A stretch of DNA of 64,000 bases from Balanoglossus misakiensis. Taxonomy: Eukaryota > Animalia > Hemichordata. The DNA lies in NCBI GenBank assembly GCA_040954595.2, contig CM082582.2, positions 11,151,483-11,215,482 on the forward strand, given 5' to 3'. Position 1 is the first letter of the stretch. Each line of letters starts with the position of its first letter. The notes below the pieces were generated by a model. The model was not told where the DNA came from and made no database searches. It saw only the letters and a list, made by a program, of their open reading frames with translations. Shown here one piece after another: positions 38,468 to 49,700 of this stretch. The translations under genes and the position numbers were made by a program.

Positions 38468-39154
38468 ATGGATACCACAAAAGGCAAACCGGTGAAGAAA
38501 CGGGAAAAAGTGCCAAAAATCAGCGCTGTTGGAGAAATTAACAAACAAAAGAATCTCGACTTGGCGGCTGTGAAAGTGGAGGACGTTGATATCAAGACTT
38601 TATCGATTGATGATCGAACAACAATGGACATCGGAAGGTTGTCCACATCGACGTCATCATCAGCAAGACTCCAAAGAGGCGAACAGCTGACGGTGAACAC
38701 GAGCAGTTGTGACGCTACGCCGCGAAGTCCCGTTCTGCGGTCCCGCTCACTGCCGGTCGAAGATCTCGCCGACAAGACCGCAAGCGTCCGACAGTTTTCA
38801 GCCGCGGAAACTGCCTCCGACGACGACGACGACATAGAGAACGACCCCGGCTGGTCGTTGGCTGGCCGGGACGGGAAGTCCTGGCACCCGTACCGCAGGT
38901 ATTCCCTGCCCGTTACCCCGGTCTGTCCTCGCGGTACGGAGATATTCCCCAGCCCTCGCCGGAACAGCTTGGCGACAACGACCCTCCGGACAATATCGCA
39001 GCATTATGAATTGTTTCATACCCAAGAAAAGATACTCGAAGAACAAGGCGAGGAGTGCGGAGATCTTGCATCCCCTCAGGGCTTAGCATCATTTCAGCTG
39101 CCAAATCTACGCCCTCGGAGGCAGGACGACACCTCATCAGCATCATCTGTATAG
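38468..39154 (+). CDS. Intronless orphan ORF, 228 aa, probably intrinsically disordered, with RSRSLP, RRYSLP and RRNSL motifs
   Basis: Longest ORF in the track (233 codons from GTG 38453); strong Kozak gtcATGG at 38468; in-frame upstream stop at 38411; locally GC-rich; no family recognised. Confidence 0.7.
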   Translation: MDTTKGKPVKKREKVPKISAVGEINKQKNLDLAAVKVEDVDIKTLSIDDRTTMDIGRLSTSTSSSARLQRGEQLTVNTSSCDATPRSPVLRSRSLPVEDLADKTASVRQFSAAETASDDDDDIENDPGWSLAGRDGKSWHPYRRYSLPVTPVCPRGTEIFPSPRRNSLATTTLRTISQHYELFHTQEKILEEQGEECGDLASPQGLASFQLPNLRPRRQDDTSSASSV

Positions 39155-42100
39155 TGGAAAGAATTACCATTTTTGTCCGTGCCACGCTATTGTAAAGAAC
39201 GCTAACCTGATTATGTTTCTGACAAGAGATACGTCGAGAAGGACATGTTAATATGACAACGATGACGACAGAATGTATATTGGGCTTCTAAGATAACGTA
39301 TTGCGATTTATAGCGACTTTATAGTTGTGAGACTTCAAATTAACGTCACGCGTCTTACAGAGGATGCACGCCATCATTTGCGAAAATAAGCTAGTTGTTT
39401 TTTCCCAATCGTTTCCATGTCGTTTGGATGAGGGAACTGTGATATGTCGGCAAGTCTTTGGCATAATTGAACCTTTCTTTTAACAATTTATTCCCATTTC
39501 AGCCCTCAGTGGAGATGAATGGGCTCTGTCAAGCGAGATGAAAGGACAGCCCGCCCCCTCCCCGTTTTCCGTTGTTAATTTGGCCCTGAAATGTACGCAA
39601 GTGTAGTTTTCCACGCTCGCAGGTCTGTTCTTTCAATATATCGTGTACATCCTGCTGTTGATATCGAGTTCTTTTTAAAACGGGAAACGAAAATATATAT
39701 ATACGCTCACCCACAGGCGTTCGTTCTTATATATTTTCATGCGAAGGGCAGTTCTCATCAATTCATGAACCACACCCATTCCAATGAGTTACTCGCGCGA
39801 AGCAGATTTAAATCTCTTCTTTCTACTCCTCTGCATGGGGGCAACGTTCACGGCTTAACTATACACCGTGGCACTGAATGCCAAAATGAAGTTTGGTGCC
39901 GTCTAGGGAAATGAAACAAATCCGCATTTTTTTACTGCTGGGTTATCGATTCTAGACAACCTTGTTTCGGGTTTATGATGGATTAACCATTGATGTAATT
40001 ACGGGCTCTGAAGAGCCATTTCATTTCCTTGTATTTGTACTAATGTCTTTTATTATTTCCTCTTTTCTGTTGTTTTTCCCAGTCAAAATTTCTGCGATTT
40101 ATCTCTTTGCTCTTGTTATTCCGCCAATTTTAATAACCGAATGTTTATTATTTAATCATGCCGCCCGCAAGGTGAACGTACTGCGAATGCGTGACGCATT
40201 TGCAATATTAGGGAGCGGTCAGAATACTTGTAACGGGGGTGGACTGCCAAGCGACATAAACTGTCTCGTGTCATATTCAAATAAAGACCAACAGGCGGTC
40301 CTGATCATTGTGAATCTCGTGATCTCGGAGAAAGTTAGTTCAAATTTAAGGAATGTAATGGATTGTAATTTACATTATTGTACCTATATACAAGGCTGAA
40401 GGGGCGCACTTTTTCGCACGGCCTCTGGAAATAAAGTGTTATATTCATGATCAAATTTTGCAGAAATCTGATTTTTGGAATTATCCTTCCTTTCTGCGAC
40501 CGACAATTCGGCACAAAATTGTGTTTGAAGCTGGGACCTTACAGCGTAATCCCAGCAGAGCTGTGCTATTTTAACTTTATCGTGAACACTTGAAACTCGA
40601 GAGGTATAGATGAAAACATCACACAAGTTGGTCATAAACGTACCTGCCTATTTCCACACCGATTCACAAAATCCCACATTTAATGTTCCAAGACAAGTTA
40701 TTGCCGTCGTAAACACAGCTTCGGGATTGAAAACGAAGTTATTGCCGATTCTGTTTAATAAACTGATTTATGGCCGTGTTTGCGCCCTCGCCAGCGTCGA
40801 ATGTTTTTCATTCAGCCTATTACATGAAAAAATGATCACCCGATGACGTCATAATTTACTGGTAAAGTCTGTATATCAAGTGAGGCGAAATGAAATCATG
40901 ATGCATGAGAAATGTCAGAGTATGTCACATGTATTCAGGCAAACAGCTTTTTTACAGTGCGTTTGTAAAAGTAGTGTGAATATCACTGCGCTCCGAGACA
41001 AGTAAATGCAATTTTCCTTCTGTAATCATCGATGACGTAAGGTCGACAGTTGAACAATGTTTCTTTCCGATTCCATCTCCGCGCATAAATGTTGAACATA
41101 TTGCTCAAATCCAATCACGATGTTTATGTAGTTGTTTCTTTCATCTTTGTGTTCATATGTCCGAGTCCGTCGGTTTTCCGACGGAATATTTGTTACGTAA
41201 CGTTTTAGCTCTCATTTGATTTGTAGTGTATAGTGCGTACACAAATCACTGCGTTGTAGTTTTAACGAGGCCAGTAAAGTATTATCCTTCGCCCCGCAAG
41301 TGGTGGCCATCTGTCGGGGAATTGAAACTTGCAGAAATCTAACACTGTATGAGTTCCCGAGTGCACTGAAACGGAAACAGTGTAAAAGTTGCACACAAAA
41401 ACAACGATTTATGTTCCAAAACGCATTGCTTTACAATAGTGACGCATTTCTTTTGCACAACCACCATGAAGGTCATCAAACTGCCCAAAGGTCATCGATG
41501 GCGTCAGAAATACTCAGAAATGATGATGTGTAGTCAAAGGCCGTTGACTTAGAGGTCGTTCCCTCGGATGGATCCAAATTATGCATCCGTAAACCGGTAA
41601 CTGAGTGCTGTACATAGATGAGGTACTGATGGTGCAGGCGTTGGGTGTTGCCTGGATACGCAGGCGATAGAATCCACCAAATACAGCGTATCGCATGGAC
41701 GACCACCTGTACGATTACACCAATATTCGCTTGGTGTTTGCCCCCAACACCACCATGGTTTGATCCAAATCCATTGTTTTATGAGGTCAATTTGGGCCTC
41801 TACAGAGGGAAACTGGGTTAAAAGGGTAAAAACGGCGGAATAGGTGGGAACAGTATGGCGATAATAGTAAACATCACCGAAAGTGTTGATAGCTCCCCAT
41901 TCGCCATATCACATCACAGAGAAATCTCATCTGTGATCAGACATCCAAATTGCATTTGTGTTGTCGCCTCAATAACAGGACACGAGTACTAGAAATTCCC
42001 CTTTCAGTTTAATGTTGTTGCTTTTCGCTTTTTTATGTCCAGATCAGACCGGTTGAGTCAAATCACACACGACAAACGATGCCCGTTGGCTTCTAATAAC

Positions 42101-45100
42101 CATCGTAAAAGTCACTGTGAATTTCTCTCGCGATAATTAACACCCCGAAGCCACCATTGTGCGGTTATGCAAAATGTGTGTGTACATGTACTTCTGGCTG
42201 TGACAGCTTCATGTTTTTGTCTGACTGAAACATTTCAAAATAGTAATAGGGACTATTCTTGTTTTGCAATAACACGACACTTGACAGTGAATCCAAAACA
42301 TCTTGTAAAATTGCGGATAGCAGAATTTAATAAAAAGCTCAAAAACATCGACATCTGGGAGGCACGCGTTGGCGTAAACAGGTACACCGTGTAATTGACT
42401 GGTTTCTGGCAACCACTTTGCGGCGAGTTGTTTTGTTCGGCCAATTATAGAAGTAGACAAAGTCGTCATTGGCTGCTGTCAATCAGTGTCATTCTCAGAC
42501 ACGTTTACGATCCACATTACACCACACAGATATTGATTTGAAAAAAAGCTCAAAGTAGGTTTGATTGAACGTTTGCACACGAAAAGAACGCAGACACGAT
42601 ACCCACGACGGATAACCGCTCATGCCTATGTGGCCACCATGTTAATTGTGCGACGGCTATGATGTTAACACTTTGGCCAGTCTCTCACGCAGCGCATTCA
42701 CATTGCCCTCAAATCGCCGAGGGCCGAAATATCAATGATCTCAATATAACAAATGCTCATTTTTGCTGAGAGGTATTGGTTACCGTGGCAACATTTTATT
42801 TTAATTTCCTCGTCGACGACGTAGTTGCTGTTTTTGTTCCCGACCCCCTGGGATGTAACGCTCGTCATCAATCAGTCAATGCCTCAGTCATGGTTACAAG
42901 TTCAAGGGAATTGAGGACTGAAAAGTGTGAATATTTCATTACATAAATGGTAAAATCGCGGCGGATAATTTCAGCATTGATTTCCATCACGCTATCAACG
43001 ACAACATAGGCAGCTGTTGTATAGAAACGCTCCGAGCAGATTTCGCGCCAGAGTGTACACGTGGGAATAGGGTTACCGTAGTTATGGCTTTCGTTCAAAA
43101 TGAATAGAAATCATTGACGATATGCGCTGTCAGTAAATTCGCGCGGACTTGGCGGAAACTAATTTGGGTGAAATCGGGTCATATTTGTGAATAGTGTCTT
43201 GAATACCGCCCGTACTATCTTGGAATTCTCCTCCTGAACCCGAGACGTTGAATTGCTTTTCATGTAAGATGTCGACACTAGATTATTCGCATGATTTCAC
43301 GTCTGATAATTTGCGAAATAGTCATAAATTCAGTTCTACTTGGGTTACGCCGTTGATATTACACTTTCTGGTAGCAGAGATCAAGTTTCTTTGCAGAGAT
43401 AAGGTAAAATGAAATGCTCAGGGAAAGTATGCCACAGCATTTCAATCAGATTTGTGACTACAGATTTGTAACTATTTCAACATCATGATTTATGGCTTCG
43501 ACGTATCGGATACACCAAAATAAAGGATATAAATATTCACCGATAATGAAATATTTTTTTTCAATATAAAATACCCAAATATTTTGAATTCCGTCTGGAG
43601 ACTGAAGCTTGTCTGCCAGGGGCTTATAGTAATCACTTATTTGCGTCTGAATTACCATAAGCATTTATATTCCTTAATAAGTCCCCAAGGTTGCGTTGTT
43701 CTCAATATTGTCCACCTCCAGTGAACTGAGCTTTGATCGACTTGCAATATTTAAAATTAATTCCGACGTGCGATCCGTTATCTATACTACCACGGTACTG
43801 ACTTCATTATTTTCCTTGCATTAAACTCCCATGGAGCTTCGCGCTAATCCTCGAGAATTATAATGCGATTGGCTACTTCGGGATTTTTTTTTTCAGAACG
43901 GGTCAAGATTATTTTGAAGTAAGTAGCTCCTGTGGGTAACATCACTAAATTAAAATTGAAAAAAAAAAACATCCACTTTCTGTGAATCGAAGTCTCCGTG
44001 GAGCCATTAGGAAAATTAAGAAATAATTTTCAGGGAAAAAACAATGTTGACGCTAACTTTCACATTCATCAGCGTTTGAAAGCCATTCTCTCCATTCAGT
44101 TCGAGTGTTGTACAAAGTATGGAGATCACAACAGTGTGTAGAGGACAGTACAACACTTACGCTGGAAACCAGGCACCATTAAAAAATCAGCATCACTTTC
44201 AATAATACCACAGGTCAGACATAATTACATTTCTTTTCAATATCCATCCCTCCTTGATTTCTGACTCATCAAGTTTCAGATGACATTTTTAGTATTCTCA
44301 TGGGGATATGACATTTCGAAAATGAGCATGTGATAATTAATTTAATCAATCACATCTCAGCTATTTTTGATGAAGAAACTAATGAACTGCGAAAATGACA
44401 ACCATACAAATGATTGAAATATTCGTAATACACGACTCATTTTATATTTGGCTGTCTGTGTTGAAGCCATACATTTTGCCGACAATTTTAGAAATAAAGA
44501 TAAATTTAGACACAAATGTGACATCTAAGCAGGAAATAATCTCTTTTAATCCAAAAATCAAACAAATGTTCTATTACAGGGTTTCACACTGACGTGCAAA
44601 CATTGACGAACTATAGCTGCAACATGTGTTTAATTCAGAGGTCTGTGTCACAGCTGGTTATTAAGAAACATGCAGCCGCTGAGTTTGCTGTAGGCTGCCC
44701 TCACAAGTCTAACATGGAAAAGAAAAATGTTTCAAGAGGCATTTGTGGTTAGAATGCACTCTTTAGCAGTGATCCTGCAGTAACTGAAAGTCTGTGATTA
44801 AAACATCCTTCATTTCTCAAAAATCTTATCTTGGCAATTCACACAGGTTTTGTGACTGCCTGTGTGGGTGACTGAGTCAAATTTCGACGAATTTCCAGGA
44901 GTGTGTTTTGTTATTTTTCCCCCTGGACTTTTGTGGGAGCAGTTTAAAAACTCCAGTGCTTTTCTTCAGCGACTTTCCCCATAGACCGAGTAATACATAG
45001 GGGACACACAAAACCACTGGTATCATGTTGTCGTCATGTGTTTTGTTGAAAATGGCATGTCATTTCACTTTGACACATGACATGTTCTGAACACAGACAC

Positions 45101-45119
45101 ATGATGATTCTAACTCCCA

Positions 45120-46007
45120 CTAAGTGTCCTCATCCTCCTCGTCATCAAACGAAAGCAAACTGGCATTTTTCACTTTCTTCGCGGTGGTCTTCTTCTCATC
45201 TTTTCTGTGTTTGTCTTTCGATTTCTTCGACGAGCTCGCGTTCAACTCGGACACGTCACCGCTGGACCTCTTTTTGGGTTTCCTGAACTTGACCTTTCCG
45301 TCAGCTGGGGAATCTGGAACCAGAGAATGAGAGTCAGTAAGAGTTGTAGAAAATCAAGCATGTGAGGGATTGTGCTTGGAGGAAATAATGGTGGAAGGGT
45401 CTAATATACATCCTCAAGCCAACAATATACTTCACTATCACAACAATATACTCACCATCTTTTCCGAGATCCTCCAATGTCTTGCCAGTAGCTTTGGCAT
45501 AATGTTCAGCTTCTTCTTGAGACATGTCTCCCTCCTTCAACGAAACAACTGTTGGTTTTTCATCTTCGTTTTCTGGTCTGTTGTCCTCGTCAGAGTCTTC
45601 CTCCTCATGTGACTGCTTCTGTAAAACGAGGGACATTATTTGGCACAATGTTAGAACAATGTTTTACTACCCAATACTAGTATCCCATATGTACAAACAA
45701 AGGAACGACATATGAACATGTTTGTCTTGAAGTTAAACCATATCTGAGGAAATCGACCATCAGAATACAGTAGTGTCTGTGCCAAGCTCTTATCTTAGCT
45801 AACCCATGGACGTAAAAAGAGACCTAACTTTGAACCTGACTGCGAAACTCGCAATTTCAGTGAACCACATAAATATTGTGTACATGTACAATGATATACC
45901 TTTGTGTCAACTGTTGGCCCTTCCTTGTAGCCAATGTTTTCCTTGAACTTAGAGAGAAATGTTGGCTCTGATGGCTTAATATAGGCGACATTCCGTCTTC
46001 CTGCCAT
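45120..46007 (-). CDS. KIAA1143: KIAA1143 homolog (DUF4604-type small acidic/basic protein), 3 exons, 154 aa
   Basis: Exons 46007-45900, 45618-45456, 45313-45120, phase-consistent. Peptide [36 protein letters not shown] ... [18 protein letters not shown] ... [11 protein letters not shown] ... [14 protein letters not shown]. Confidence 0.92.
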
Positions 46008-46700
46008 CACGAGAATATAAGGGTTAAAATCACAGAGGGGATAACGCAATCATGAACTTCACAAGCCACTACCGCTACCATAAGTAAACACGGAACAGAC
46101 GACAAAGCTTTGGTGATGATGAACTCACAAAAAGAGGCGGTTTGTGGCTAATTTCGGCATCAGACAAACTTTCGGATTTAGGTATCCACTTTGGAAATAG
46201 CGCTGAGCTAATTTTCATGGAAAAGTAGTCCAAAAGTATGCATTTTAGTGCGTAACAAGATGCACTTGATTTATTTTATTAGTTTGCTGTCCCAAAAGAC
46301 TCACCTGTCACAGAAAAAATGTCCGACTCCTGAATCCTACGAAAACGAATGTGAATGCAAAGCTGCTGAGACAACATCATTGATTCGAAGGACCCGATTC
46401 GCAGTCCTGAATGCGTGGTTCACGCTTTGATTGTCGATTTTGACGATAATAAACTTTGAAAATACAAAGAGACCTCTTTTAATGGTAAACAATATAAAGA
46501 AATTGCATTATCACCACAGTTTTCAATGATGGTGTTCTTGCCAATATATCTCGCAAAATCTCGTAAATTCTCGTGACCGCCAAATTCAAACTGGTCTGTT
46601 GACCCTGGCTCTCTTCCGAACCCACTAACCCGGATATCTGCATAGCAGACCAGTTTAACACTTTTCTATTCATTTTCAGGGTTTTAATACTAAGTACAGG
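46008..46700. promoter_or_regulatory. Bidirectional promoter KIAA1143/KIF15 with CCAAT (46541), E2F/CHR-like CCGCCAAATTCAAA (46577-46590) and TTTGAA (46455)
   Basis: Divergent start codons ~690 bp apart; motif matches typical of cell-cycle (DREAM/MuvB) promoters. Confidence 0.55.
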
Positions 46701-49700
46701 ATGCCAGCGACAGGTAACTTTTACAGTGGCAGCAGTAGAAAGTCCGGAGTTCTCTCCGGCGCTGATCTTCTGAAGTCGAGTTTCACACGTACACTACATC
46801 ACAAGGCTTGCACATCATTCCTGTCTCCCGTTATGTTGTATTCAGTGAATGATTGGGCGCCGTGCCAAAATGCAGAGGCGGGATAAAACTTCCCCGTTCG
46901 TTCACGAAATGAGTGAGCATATAAGTGAACTCATGCGTAGATTGGAAATGCCTCGAGCTTTATGTTTTGATATTGACATGATAATGAAATTAACATTCGT
47001 CTTTGCTTCTTTGTTTTCATAAATGGCTTGACCACCCCAGAAGGCCAAAATTCGAGGTGAGTGTGTAGGATAATTTTCGTTCAGTTTTGAACATTTGTGT
47101 AGAATTCATTTCACCTTGCTGCAGAAACGTAGCTCGAAGTTTGCCTGGTATTTGCCGTCCACACGCAAGTCACCAGGCAAAACCTCGAGGTACTTTACTG
47201 CAGGTAATACCTGTTGATAATTACCAGGGTGGGCTATGGTTTTACCCCCTTATATTCACATGGAAAACTGTTTGCTAAGTCAGTATGTACTTCACTAGTT
47301 TTGTAAACAAACAAGCAAGCAAGCAAGCAAAGTAAAGAATTTTGAAACACACATGACTAGTAATATGCAAGTTCTGAGTAAATTGATTTCATGTTCATCA
47401 AGATAAATTATTGTAAATAAACCCCACACAACAACACTTAAATGTATATAACAATACACTCTGACACATTTTGTCTTGCCATTTTGTTTTGACAGTGATG
47501 GTGACTCTATTAAAGTTTATGTCAGAGTACGACCCCCAGATAACCCAGACCAGGAGTTTGACCATGGACAGCAGTGCTTGGAAGTTCGTCAGCCAAACAG
47601 CATTCGAATGTTCAGTAAACCTGAAGCAAAGGTTTTCACATATGATCATGTGGCAGACATCCAAACAACACAGGTAATTCATGCATCACCAGTTCACACT
47701 CTACTACCGGTAATTATTAATATTCACCTGAGAAAGTTTATGCTCAAACTCCATTATATGTCACTCTTCAGGAAGAAGTATTTGGAGCTGTGGGCAGAAA
47801 AACAATTGAAAGTTGTGTTGCAGGTTACAACGGGACAATATTTGCATAGTAAGTGAATGTAACATAAGTACAGTGTGCTTGATATCACAATACTAAGTTA
47901 CATGATGATGTACCTCAGTAGTAACTTGTAAGTCATACAGCTAATAATTTTGCACCAGGTGGTATGTTTAATTAAGAACTGTTTTTTTTTTCCCATTATC
48001 CAGCGGACAGACTGGGTCAGGCAAAACATTCACCATGATTGGTAAGTTGATGTAAATCAGAAAACTGTATACTTCTTGACAGAAATGTAATTTAACATCC
48101 ATTTGCAATGTGGGTAATTTTGATGAAGATGCATTTTCATGTATTGTGATCTGTCAGTCTATTGATCTGTCATTACACAGGCCCCAATGAAGACACTGAT
48201 AGTTTTCACCATGAACTCAGAGGTGTAATTCCAAGGAGTTTTGAGTATCTTTTCAATCTGGTCAGCAGGGAACAAGAAAAGGTGGGTTGAGTAGAAATGA
48301 ATTTTATTTTAGTGGAAATGAATAGTTTCCACTATCAGTAAAATCACTAAAAAACCAAGTCACTTTTGAGTTTTTTTGGGTTTACTTTTTTCTCGTTTTT
48401 CAGCATGGTGAGAATGTGGAATTCCTGTGCAAGTGTTCCTTCTTGGAAATCTACAATGAACAGATCTATGACTTGTTGGACACAGCATCGGCAGGTCTGC
48501 ACCTCAGGGAGGACATTCGTAAAGGTGTATTCGTGGACGGTCTCATAGAACAGACAGTGTCCAGTTCTAATGATGCCTATCAGGTGAGATATCTGTATAC
48601 TAGCTCTGGATTGTGTAGATGTGGACAATGATTATTGTGAATTGACTGTTCATAGTGACTTTCCCCCTAATAGTTCACTCTCATTAACAACACGTGGGAT
48701 TGCGGGAGTGTGTTTTCATGGATGGACTCGGATTACAACATGAACTGATGATTCCTTTCAGGTTTTATCGGCCGGTTGGCTGAACAGGAGAGTGGCTTCC
48801 ACGTCCATGAACAGGGAGAGTTCCCGCAGTCATGCTGTCTTCACTCTAACCATTGAATCGAAGGTGAGTGAATTATGTGAGGACATCATCAAAGGTTGTC
48901 TGTCTTTTCATCCTTTCCCATAAATAAGCATTATGCTATAGGAAACAATTTTATTCCTGCAGGTCATAAAACTATTTCCTCTGTATTCACAGGAAAAGAA
49001 AGCAGGTGTTTCCAACATCCGTGTGTCTCATCTCAGCTTGGTCGACCTGGCTGGCAGCGAGAGACAGAAAGACACCAACACGCATGGAGTCAGACTGAAA
49101 GAAGCAGGCAGCATCAACCGGTCCCTCTCAGCCCTGGGTAACGTCATCATGGCCTTGGTGGACATCGCACACGGCAAAACCAGACACGTCCCTTACAGGG
49201 ATTCAAAACTTAGCTTTCTACTCAGGGTGAGTTTTCCTCAAATCTAAGATTTGAGTGTTGGCCTGTATAATAGAAGCATTCACTAACTCAATCACTGTAT
49301 GCATTTTAATAAATATATTTGTACTACATTTGTAGGATGCTCTTGGAGGCAACGCCAAGACTTACATCATCGCCTGCGTTCATCCGGGCATCCGCTGCTT
49401 CGGGGAGACGCTGTCCACCCTGCACTTTGCCAACAGAGCCAAGATGATCAAAAACAAAGCCAAGATCAATGAGGACACACAGGGCAATGTCGTCCACCTC
49501 CAGGCTGAAATCAAGAGACTTCGAGACGAACTCACCAGATTCCAGTCGGGTGCCATCGACATTCCAATGCCAATGCTGGGCGGTGCCGGAGATATGGTTC
49601 CGGCCAACGGCGCCGGCGCCAGACTGGAGCGGCAATGGAAGAGGAAGTTCCTGGATGCCATGTACTTCCGGGAGAAGCTGGAGTTCAGCCAGAGGAGTTT

